The notes under the pieces: generated by a model | The model's input: only the letters and a program-made list of their open reading frames with translations | The model's database searches: none | Told to the model about the DNA's origin: nothing | Shown here: piece by piece, positions 30,072-37,941 of the stretch | How the letters are laid out: each line of letters begins with the position of its first letter | How positions within the stretch are numbered: position 1 is the first letter of the stretch | From: Desulfovibrio sp. UBA6079 | GTDB lineage: Bacteria > Desulfobacterota > Desulfovibrionia > Desulfovibrionales > Desulfovibrionaceae | DNA: 64,000 bases | NCBI GenBank assembly: GCA_002428705.1 | Contig: DIXN01000001.1 | Span: forward strand, 15,030 to 79,029 | Reading direction: 5' to 3' | Translations under genes and position numbers: made by a program

Positions 30072-30752
30072 ATGATCGAACCCGCCCGCGTCGCCGCCAT
30101 CGGCCTCTTCTCCGGCCTGACGGAAGGCCAACTCGCCGAGCTGGCCGGCATCGCCGGCACGCGCCGCCTGGCCAAGGGGGCGACGGCCTTCGACGAGGGC
30201 GACCCGGCCGAGGGCTTCTACGCCGTGGACGCGGGCCTGGTCCGGATATTCAAGACCAATCCCGCGGGCAAGGAGCAGATCCTGCACGTCTTCGGCCCCG
30301 GCGAGGTCCTGGGCGAGGCCGCGGTCTTCTCCGGACGGCGTTTTCCGGCCTCGGCCCAGGCCCTGGAGGACACGGTCCTCGTCTTCTTCCCCCGGGAGCG
30401 CTTCCGCGCGCTCCTGAAGGACGACCCTGACCTGGGCTTAAACATGCTCGGGCTGCTTTCGGCCCGCCTGCGCCAATTCGCGGCCAAGATCGAGGCCTTA
30501 AGCTTGAAGGAGGTCCCGGCCCGGCTGGCGGCGCATCTCCTGGTGCTGCAAGCCGCCGCCGGAAGGGCGACCTTCAGCCTGGACCTGCCCAAGGGCATGC
30601 TGGCAAGCCTCATCGGCACCATCCCCGAGACCTTGTCCCGGGTCATGCGCAAGTTGACGGACCAGGAGATCATCCGCCTGGAGGGCGCCTCGGTCACCGT
30701 GCTCGACGAGGCGGCCCTGACCGCCCTGGCCGAGGGCACCGAGCGCCTGTAG
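30072..30752 (+). CDS. CRP/FNR-family transcriptional regulator (HcpR-like)
   Basis: Start moved to ATG 30072. N-terminal cNMP-binding-like domain (FDEGDPAEGFYAVDAGLVRIFK...GPGEVLGE). C-terminal HTH (LASLIGTIPETLSRVMRKL). No N-terminal FNR Cys cluster. Confidence 0.85.
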   Translation: MIEPARVAAIGLFSGLTEGQLAELAGIAGTRRLAKGATAFDEGDPAEGFYAVDAGLVRIFKTNPAGKEQILHVFGPGEVLGEAAVFSGRRFPASAQALEDTVLVFFPRERFRALLKDDPDLGLNMLGLLSARLRQFAAKIEALSLKEVPARLAAHLLVLQAAAGRATFSLDLPKGMLASLIGTIPETLSRVMRKLTDQEIIRLEGASVTVLDEAALTALAEGTERL

Positions 30753-30816
30753 CCGAGGGCCGGTTGCCAGCCGCCGTCCGGGGGTGTAGGGTCCCGCCCG
30801 CCATGGAGAATCTCAC

Positions 30817-31545
30817 GTGAAAGCCCACCTGTTCATCCCCTGCCTGGTCGAGCATCTGGCCCCGGAGATCGGCGAGGCCACGCTCACGGTCCTGAAAAGG
30901 GCCGGGGTCACGCCCGTCTACCTGCCCGGACAGACCTGCTGCGGCCAGCCACTGTACAAGACCGGCCACCACAGGCAGGCGGCCGACCTCGCCCGGCACT
31001 TCATCGCCCTGTTCGAGGAGGCCGAGTGCGTGGTCGCGCCCTCGGGCTCCTGCGTGGCCATGGTCCGCACGGCCTACCCCCAGCTCCTGGCCGGCGACCC
31101 GCAGTGGCGGTCGCGGGCCGAGCGCCTGGCCGGGCGGACCTTCGAGCTGACCGAGTTCCTGGTCAAGAAGCTCGGGCGGCTCGATCTCGGCGCGAGCTTC
31201 CCGGCCAAGGTCGCCTACCACGACTCCTGCCAGGTCGGCCGGGCGCTGGGCAACCACGACTCCGGCCCGGCGCTGCTCTCCAGGGTCAAGGGCGTGAGCC
31301 TCGTACCCCTGACCCGGCCCGACGCCTGCTGCGGCTTCGGCGGGGTCTTCTCGGTCACCCATCCGGACATCTCCGAGGCCCTGGTCGAGGAGAAGATTTC
31401 GGACGCGCTCCTGGCCGGAGCCGAGGTCATCGTCAGCGCCGAGGTCAGCTGCTTTTTGAACCTGGACGGCTATCTGAAGAAGCTCGGCACCACGGCCAAG
31501 GCCCTGCACATCGCCCAGGTGCTGGCCGCCGGGGAGGACGCATGA
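30817..31545 (+). CDS. lutA: lactate utilization protein A (CCG-domain Fe-S oxidoreductase)
   Basis: Two CCG motifs (PGQTCCGQP and PDACCGFGG). GTG start at 30817 after GGAGA. Confidence 0.8.
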   Translation: MKAHLFIPCLVEHLAPEIGEATLTVLKRAGVTPVYLPGQTCCGQPLYKTGHHRQAADLARHFIALFEEAECVVAPSGSCVAMVRTAYPQLLAGDPQWRSRAERLAGRTFELTEFLVKKLGRLDLGASFPAKVAYHDSCQVGRALGNHDSGPALLSRVKGVSLVPLTRPDACCGFGGVFSVTHPDISEALVEEKISDALLAGAEVIVSAEVSCFLNLDGYLKKLGTTAKALHIAQVLAAGEDA

Positions 31546-32954
31546 GCCGGGACACCACCTTTGCCGCGCGCAGCCGCGAGGCTCTGGCCGACGTCGCCCT
31601 GCGCCGCACCTTGTCCAGGGTCACCGGCCACTTCACCGCCACCCGCGAGCGCACCCTGGCCGCCTGGGAGCACGGCGCGACCAAGCTGGCCAACGGCGCC
31701 GCGGCCCGCCTGCGGGCCGTGGAGAACCTGGCCACGCTCCTGCCCGAGCTGGAGGAGAAGGTCACGGCGCTCGGCGGCACGGTCCACTGGGCCGAGGACG
31801 CCGCCGCGGCCAGGACGATCATCCTCGGCCTGGCCCAGGAGCGGGGCGTGACCTCGGTGGTCAAGGGCAAGTCCATGGTCAGCGAGGAGATCGGCCTGAA
31901 CGCCGCCCTGGCCGCGAGCGGCATCACCGCCTTCGAGACCGACCTCGGCGAGTACATCGTGCAGCTGGCCCACGAGCCGCCCTCGCACATCATCGCCCCG
32001 GCCATCCACAAGTCCCGCGAGGACGTGGCCGCGCTGTTCGAAAAGGAACTCGGCGAGACGTCCGACGGCACGCCCGAGATGCTGACCGCCATCGCCCGCC
32101 GCCGCCTGCGCGAGGCCTTCCTGAATGCCGGCATGGGCATCACCGGGGTCAACTTCGCCGTGGCCGAGACCGGCGCCGTCTGCCTCTTGGAGAACGAGGG
32201 CAACATCCGGGCCTCGACCACCTGCCCGCCGGTGCACGTGGCCTTGATGGGCCTGGAGAAGGTCGTGGCCACCACCGTCGAGGCCGCGGACGTGCTCCAG
32301 GTGTTGCCGAAAAGCGCCACCGGCCAGTCCATGCCGGCCTACTTCTCGGTCTTCTCCGGCGCCCGCCGGCCGGGCGAGACCGACGGCGCCCGGGAGTTCC
32401 ACCTGGTCATCCTGGACAACGGCCGCAGCCGCATCCAGGCCGACCCGCTGTTCCGCCAGCTGCTGGCCTGCGTGCGCTGCGGCGCCTGCCTCAACTACTG
32501 CCCGGTCTACCGGGTCATCGGCGGGCACGCCTACGGCGCGACCTACTCCGGCCCCATCGGGCTTCTCCTCTCCACGCTCCTGTCCGGCGGCGAGGCCCAC
32601 CGCGGGCTGCCCGCGGCCTGCACCGGCTGCGGCGCCTGCGTCAAGGCCTGCCCGGTGGGCGTGAACCACGGCCGGTTGATCATGGAAATAAAACGGCGCA
32701 TGGTCGAGGAGGATTTCCTCGGCGGCGGCGACGGCTTCCTGGCAAGCCTCCTGGCCAAGGGCTACGCCTTTGCCGCCAAGCGCCCCCAGCTCTTCGCCCT
32801 GGCCGCCGGCTCCGTGCGCCGCCTGGACCCGGAACTCGCCCGCCTGTCTCGACTGGCCCCGCTGGCCCGCTACGCCGCCGGCCGGGAGCTGCCCAGGCCC
32901 AAGGAGCCCTTCTCCGAGCGCTGGCTGCAGATGGATACGGAGGAAGAGGCATGA
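31542..32954 (+). CDS. lutB: lactate utilization protein B (Fe-S, LUD domain)
   Basis: Internal ATG 31542 of track ORF 31026..32954 (MSRDTTFAARSREAL). Two ferredoxin motifs, CVRCGACLNYCP and CTGCGACVKACP. 4-nt overlap with lutA. Confidence 0.8.
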   Translation: MSRDTTFAARSREALADVALRRTLSRVTGHFTATRERTLAAWEHGATKLANGAAARLRAVENLATLLPELEEKVTALGGTVHWAEDAAAARTIILGLAQERGVTSVVKGKSMVSEEIGLNAALAASGITAFETDLGEYIVQLAHEPPSHIIAPAIHKSREDVAALFEKELGETSDGTPEMLTAIARRRLREAFLNAGMGITGVNFAVAETGAVCLLENEGNIRASTTCPPVHVALMGLEKVVATTVEAADVLQVLPKSATGQSMPAYFSVFSGARRPGETDGAREFHLVILDNGRSRIQADPLFRQLLACVRCGACLNYCPVYRVIGGHAYGATYSGPIGLLLSTLLSGGEAHRGLPAACTGCGACVKACPVGVNHGRLIMEIKRRMVEEDFLGGGDGFLASLLAKGYAFAAKRPQLFALAAGSVRRLDPELARLSRLAPLARYAAGRELPRPKEPFSERWLQMDTEEEA

Positions 32955-33613
32955 GCGCCGCCCGCGAGGCCATCCTGTCGCGCCTGTCGCGCGAGCCCGG
33001 CGCGCCCCTCCCCCAGCGCAGCCCGCTGCCCGCGCCCGAAGCGAAAACCCCGTCCGAGCATCTCTCCCGCCTGGGCACGGAGCTTGCGAAGCTCTCGGCC
33101 CGCTTCGTGCGCGCGGGGAGCCCGGACGAGGCGCAAGCGGCCGTGGCCGCGGTGCTGGAGGAGTTCGGGGTGAAGACCGCGGCCCTCTGGGACAACCCGC
33201 TGCTCGCCGCCCTCGGCCTGCCGGAGCTCATGTCCGCACGCGGCGTCGAACTCCTGCGCCCCGGCGGCGAGGCCTGCGGGCCCGCGGCCCGGGCCGACCT
33301 CGGATTGACAGCGGCGGACGGCGCCGTGGCCGAGTCGGGCACGATCATCGTGCGCGCCGCCCCCAGCCAGCCCCGCGCCTTCTCGCTCCTGCCGCCGGTG
33401 CACCTGGCCCTGGTCCGGGCCGATCAGGTCTCGCCGCGGCTTGCCGACGTGCCGGACATCCTCGCCCGCCTGGCGCGGGAGGCCGGCGGCCCGCCCTCGG
33501 CCGTGCATTTCATCAGCGGCCCGAGCTGCACCGCGGACATCGAGCTGGTCAAGGTCCTGGGCGTGCACGGCCCGACCACGCTCATCGTCCTGGGCCTGGA
33601 TTTTACGCCATGA
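32951..33613 (+). CDS. lutC: lactate utilization protein C (LUD domain)
   Basis: 220 aa with a 4-nt overlap with lutB. LUD-type C-terminal block AESGTIIVRAAP...SLLPPVHLALV. Confidence 0.75.
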   Translation: MSAAREAILSRLSREPGAPLPQRSPLPAPEAKTPSEHLSRLGTELAKLSARFVRAGSPDEAQAAVAAVLEEFGVKTAALWDNPLLAALGLPELMSARGVELLRPGGEACGPAARADLGLTAADGAVAESGTIIVRAAPSQPRAFSLLPPVHLALVRADQVSPRLADVPDILARLAREAGGPPSAVHFISGPSCTADIELVKVLGVHGPTTLIVLGLDFTP

Positions 33614-33948
33614 GCCGGGAGGCCAAGCCGAAACCGCCCCGGGTCCCGGCCGAACGGCTGGAGACCGACCGTAGGGCCATCCACGACGCGCTGCTGACCC
33701 TCGGCCCGCTGACGGTCAAGGAGCTGCCGGCCGAGGTCCGGCTGTCGGAAAAGGCGGTCATTGAGCATCTGGAGCACCTGAAGCGCTCGTCACGGACCGG
33801 CGGCTTCCGGCTCGAGGTCACGCCGGCCGAGTGCCTGGCCTGCGGCTTCTCCTTCGCCAAGCGCGAGCGCCTCTCCACCCCGGGCCGCTGCCCGGTCTGC
33901 CAGTCCGAGCGCATCACTCCCCCGGCCTTCTCGGCCCAGGACACCTAG
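33610..33948 (+). CDS. small HTH protein fused to a C-terminal CxxC...CxxC zinc ribbon
   Basis: 112 aa from the internal ATG 33610 of track ORF 32770..33948. The winged-helix-like segment is LTVKELPAEVRLSEKAVIEHLEHL. The zinc ribbon is CLACGF...CPVCQS. 4-nt overlap with lutC. Confidence 0.55.
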   Translation: MSREAKPKPPRVPAERLETDRRAIHDALLTLGPLTVKELPAEVRLSEKAVIEHLEHLKRSSRTGGFRLEVTPAECLACGFSFAKRERLSTPGRCPVCQSERITPPAFSAQDT

Positions 33949-34637
33949 ACAACGATATCGATGCTCAAGCGCACGTCAGCGTCACTGCCGGATGTCGCGG
34001 TTGTAGCGCCGGCGCTTTGCGGTGCAGTATCGGCTACCGGGACGGCAGCGTCGATCATGTCCTGAGCATTGTCCACGGCTCCGGCCGGTGTCGATGCATC
34101 CTGCACAGCTGCTGTTTCGCCGCCCTGCTGCCCGGATGAACTCCCGGAAGCAGCGGCATCTTCGTTGTTGCCCGCAGCCTGCGCCCCGAGCTTCTTCTCG
34201 AATTCTTCCTCGGACTCCTCGCGCTCTTTTTCCAACCGTTTCGCTTCCGTCTCGGTCACTTCCCCATCGAGAACCGTTTCGGCCGCTCTGGCGGCTTTTT
34301 TCCCGATCAAGGATCGCGCGGCATAGTTGCCTTCGTCTTCAGACCCTATCTGCAGATTGTAACTCTCTACGAGCCCTTGCATTCTAGCCCCGAACTCGCT
34401 TCGTACCTGAAAACCGGCCAGCACGCCCTGAATGTATCTGGAAGGCTCGGAATCGCTCTGGACGAAGTTGTTTGCCAACAGATTCGAGGTCCTCGCGGTT
34501 CCAGCGCTTTCTGCGGTTTTCTCCGTTCCCGCAGAGGACAGCGTGGAGTTTTCCGCGACAATCTGCTCTTCCAGGCTGTTTTTCCCGAGCGTCGTACGCA
34601 ACTGGAATCCCATGTCGGTCCCGATTTTCATAGCCAC
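33945..34637 (-). CDS. hypothetical acidic low-complexity protein
   Basis: 230 aa, in a patch with visibly lower GC than the flanks. E/A/S/G-rich (EKEREESEEEFEKK), no TM segment and no recognisable domain. Whether it is coding at all is uncertain. Confidence 0.4.
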   Translation of the reverse strand: MAMKIGTDMGFQLRTTLGKNSLEEQIVAENSTLSSAGTEKTAESAGTARTSNLLANNFVQSDSEPSRYIQGVLAGFQVRSEFGARMQGLVESYNLQIGSEDEGNYAARSLIGKKAARAAETVLDGEVTETEAKRLEKEREESEEEFEKKLGAQAAGNNEDAAASGSSSGQQGGETAAVQDASTPAGAVDNAQDMIDAAVPVADTAPQSAGATTATSGSDADVRLSIDIVV

Positions 34638-34824
34638 CCCACGAGCTGAGCCCTTTCAATATACCACCATGAATATCTTCATCGGCTATATGGCTGACAA
34701 TCTTTACCATTCCACGCGGCCACGCCGTCTTTTTCCCCCGCCGTCTGGCCACGGCGCCCCGACTCTGCTATGGTCCGCCCCAAACCGGTCTTGCCCGGCA
34801 TTCCTCTGACCCAAGGAGCGGATC

Positions 34825-35622
34825 ATGCACGCCTGCACCATCCTGGTCGCGGTCCTGTCCCTGTCCCTTCTCTGCGGCGCGGCCCAGGCCAAGCTCGTCG
34901 AAGGAGACGTGACCTACGCCGACGGGGGGACGGCCCTGCGCGGCTTCCTGGTCATGGACACGGCCGCGAGCGGCAAGCGGCCGGCGGTGATCGTCTTCTC
35001 CGACTGGAAGGGCCTGGGCGAGCAGGCCAAGGACACCGCCCGCCGGCTGGCCGCGCTGGGCCTGGTCGCCTTTGCCGCGGACATGTACGGCGCCGGCGTG
35101 CTGGCCGCGGACGGCAAGGAAGCAGCAGCCTTGGCCAAGCCATTCCGCGACGACCGCGCCCTCATGCGCCGCCGGGCGGCCGCGGCGCTCACCGTGCTCG
35201 CGGCCCGGCCCGAGGTGGACCCCGCGCGCATCGTGGCCATGGGCTACTGCTTCGGCGGGACCTGCGCCCTGGAGCTGGCCCGCAGCGGTGCCGCTCTCGC
35301 CGGCACGGCCAGCTTCCACGGCGGCCTGGGCACCCCGAACCCGGCCGACGCCAAAAACGTCAAGGGCGCAGTGGTCGCCTACCACGGCGCGAGCGACCCG
35401 AACGTGCCGCCGCCCGAGGTCGCGGCCTTCGAGGAGGAGATGACCAAGGCCGGAGTGGACTGGCAGCTCGTGGCCTTCGGCCACGCGGTGCACAGCTTCA
35501 CCAACAGGAGCGCAGGCAGCGACCCGGGCAAGGGCTCGGCCTACAACGAGAAGGCCGACAAGAGGTCGTGGGAGTATTTCAAGGTCTTCCTGGCCGAGAC
35601 CGCGGGGCTCACGGCTCCCTGA
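34825..35622 (+). CDS. secreted dienelactone hydrolase family protein
   Basis: Signal peptide MHACTILVAVLSLSLLCGAAQA and nucleophile motif GYCFGG. AAGGAG lies before the ATG. Confidence 0.8.
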   Translation: MHACTILVAVLSLSLLCGAAQAKLVEGDVTYADGGTALRGFLVMDTAASGKRPAVIVFSDWKGLGEQAKDTARRLAALGLVAFAADMYGAGVLAADGKEAAALAKPFRDDRALMRRRAAAALTVLAARPEVDPARIVAMGYCFGGTCALELARSGAALAGTASFHGGLGTPNPADAKNVKGAVVAYHGASDPNVPPPEVAAFEEEMTKAGVDWQLVAFGHAVHSFTNRSAGSDPGKGSAYNEKADKRSWEYFKVFLAETAGLTAP

Positions 35623-36619
35623 CCGCCCAGGCCAGGAATTCGGGCTTGGGCTTGTGGCCAACGCCCACCGCGCCCTTGTGCAGGTAGAGGCAGTAGGCCC
35701 AGTCCGGGGCGTAGCCGCTCGAGGTCGAGGACCAGTAGGCCTCGCCGGGGGAGGCGAAGGGATGGCCTTCGGGCAGGGCCGGGGAATGGCGCGAGGCGTC
35801 GACCAGGGACTCGAGCTCGTTCACCGTCGGCAGCCGCCAGGCCTGCCCGGTCTCGCGGGCGAGCCCGGCCGCTGCCTCGAGCGCCTCGGTCCAGGTGACG
35901 GCGCCGTCGGCCAGGTCGGCTCGCGGCGCCCAGACCAGCCCGGTCAGCCGGTCGTGCACGCCGTCCGAAAGGCGCTCGAAGCGCGGCTCGGGCCAGGGCA
36001 GCCCGGTCTGCAGCTCGCCGTCCTGGCCGCTGCCGGCACAGGCGATGATCTGCCCGCCGGCAGCGAAGCAGTCTCGCTGGCCGGTCCGCGGCAACACCGC
36101 GCTCGCCCCGCGCACCGGCCAGAGCAGGCCTTCGTCGCTTTTTGCCCCGTAGAACATCCGCCCGCCCTCGAAATGGACCCGCCAGGTATAGGCCGGGGCC
36201 AGGGCCGAGGTCGTGCTCGTCCAGTACCAGCCGAGGAAGACCTCGGAGAAAGGATGGGCTTCGGGCAGGGCCGGCCGGCTCGTGCCGTGGTCGACCAGGC
36301 TTCGGAGCTCGCGGCGGTTGGGCAGGCGCCAGTCGGCGAAACCGGCGAAACGCTCCCGGTTCAGCCGGGCCACGTCGGCGAGCGCCTCGGGCCAGGTCAG
36401 GGAGAAGCCTGGCAGATTGGCCGAGCGCGACCAGTGAAGCCCGGTCAGGGCGTCGCGCACGGTTTCCCCTTCGAGGGCGAAACGCGGTGCTGGCCAGGCG
36501 AGGCCGGGCGCGGTCTCGGCGTCCTGGCCCGAGCCGGCGCAGGGCACGGCCGCGCCGCCGGCGTCGAAGCAGGCTGCCAGGCCGGTGGCGAGATATGCGC
36601 GACAGGAGCGGGCGGGCAC
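35609..36619 (-). CDS. DUF1566 (Lcl C-terminal-like) domain protein, two tandem domains
   Basis: Internal duplication. Each half has C-AGSGQD-x6-G-L-x-WP-x-PRF followed by a W-R-LP-x-x-x-EL-x-SLVD block (WRLPNRRELRSLVD / WRLPTVNELESLVD). GTG start 7 nt after the HDOD gene stop. Confidence 0.7.
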   Translation of the reverse strand: MPARSCRAYLATGLAACFDAGGAAVPCAGSGQDAETAPGLAWPAPRFALEGETVRDALTGLHWSRSANLPGFSLTWPEALADVARLNRERFAGFADWRLPNRRELRSLVDHGTSRPALPEAHPFSEVFLGWYWTSTTSALAPAYTWRVHFEGGRMFYGAKSDEGLLWPVRGASAVLPRTGQRDCFAAGGQIIACAGSGQDGELQTGLPWPEPRFERLSDGVHDRLTGLVWAPRADLADGAVTWTEALEAAAGLARETGQAWRLPTVNELESLVDASRHSPALPEGHPFASPGEAYWSSTSSGYAPDWAYCLYLHKGAVGVGHKPKPEFLAWAVREP

Positions 36620-36626
36620 GGCCGGC

Positions 36627-37874
36627 CTAGGCCTCGATGAACACGGACAGAATCTCGGCCATGCGCGTCTCGGCCCGGTCGAGGAGCCCCGGCACGGCCT
36701 CGGCGCTGATCTCCAGGCTCTCCCAGGCCGGCTGGGACAGGTCGGGCACGACCACCCGGCGGCCCCTGGACACGGCCAGGGTCGAGGCCAGGCAGACGGC
36801 CAGGTGCAGGCAGGCGGCCTCGCGCGGCGCGCTGGCCGTCATCGGCTCGTACTGGTGGACGACCATGTCGGACAAAGCCTCGGGGAAGCGCCAGCGGGCG
36901 AACAGCTCGCCGGCGACCGCGGCCTGGTCGAAGCCCAGGGTCTCGCGCTCGGCGAGATAGAGCGGCACGCTGTTGGCCAGGGAATAGATCAGGGCCTGGG
37001 CCGCGGCAAAGGGCAGCTCGACCAGGATGACCAGCCGGCCGATGGAGGACAGGAGTCCCGCGACGAAGAAGCGCTCCGAGGCCGCGGCCCGGCTCTCGGA
37101 GGCGATCAGGCGGCAGAGCACGCCGGCGCTGACCGCCTCGGTCCAGAAGGTCTTCATGTCCATGAGCTCGGGCGGGACGTCCTTGAAGACCTGGATGGCG
37201 GCCACGCCCGCGGCCAGGGTGGCCAGCTCGCGGGTGCCGACCAGGGTCACCGCCCGGGTCACGGAGTCGATCTTGCGGGCGAACCCGTAGTAGGGGCTGT
37301 TGACCAGCTTCAGGAGCCGCGCGGCCAGGCTCTGGTCCTTGCCGACCACTTCGGCCACCTGCGAGGCCGAACTGGCAGGCGAATCGATGACCTCCAGGAT
37401 GCGGAAGTAGATGTCGGGAAACGAGGCCAGGTGGACGGTGTCCTGCACCAGGTCGGCCGGCCCGCCCTCGTCGCGCAGGAAAAGGTCGGGATACGCGGGA
37501 TTCTCCGCGGCCGCGCCGAGCCCGTCGCTCGGCGCGCCCAGGGTCAGCCCCTCGGCCAGGCGCCGGGCCAGCCGGTCCTGGCACCACAGGCGCAGGCGGG
37601 CGGCCACCGGGTGGTGGCTGCTGGTGAACTGGAAGAAGTGGTCGACGAAGGCCGCGGCCTGCAGGGTGAAGCTCGCGCCTTGCGGCGGCTCGCTGCTCGG
37701 GGCGCTCTTGGGGGCGGCCACGGCCAACCGGTCGATGCCCCATTCGGCGAGCCTGGCCAAGTGGCCCGCGGTCAGCACCGTGCCCTTGGCCAGCAGAATG
37801 CGTCCTCCCGGACCGGTCAGATCCTCGACCAGGAGCATCCCGGGGGCGATGTCGGAAAGGCTCAAACGCTCCAC
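36627..37874 (-). CDS. HDOD-domain signalling protein with DUF3391-like N-terminus
   Basis: HDOD block FPDIYFRILEVIDSPASSASQVAEVVGKDQSLAARLLKLVNSPYYGF. The N-terminal LSDIAPGMLLVEDL...LAKGTVLT segment resembles the N-domain of HD-GYP proteins. GTG start. Confidence 0.75.
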   Translation of the reverse strand: MERLSLSDIAPGMLLVEDLTGPGGRILLAKGTVLTAGHLARLAEWGIDRLAVAAPKSAPSSEPPQGASFTLQAAAFVDHFFQFTSSHHPVAARLRLWCQDRLARRLAEGLTLGAPSDGLGAAAENPAYPDLFLRDEGGPADLVQDTVHLASFPDIYFRILEVIDSPASSASQVAEVVGKDQSLAARLLKLVNSPYYGFARKIDSVTRAVTLVGTRELATLAAGVAAIQVFKDVPPELMDMKTFWTEAVSAGVLCRLIASESRAAASERFFVAGLLSSIGRLVILVELPFAAAQALIYSLANSVPLYLAERETLGFDQAAVAGELFARWRFPEALSDMVVHQYEPMTASAPREAACLHLAVCLASTLAVSRGRRVVVPDLSQPAWESLEISAEAVPGLLDRAETRMAEILSVFIEA

Positions 37875-37941
37875 GTCCTCTCCCCCGCCTCGGCCCAGCC
37901 CCCCATGCTCCTTGGGCCGCGGCGCGTTGCCGTTATCGATA

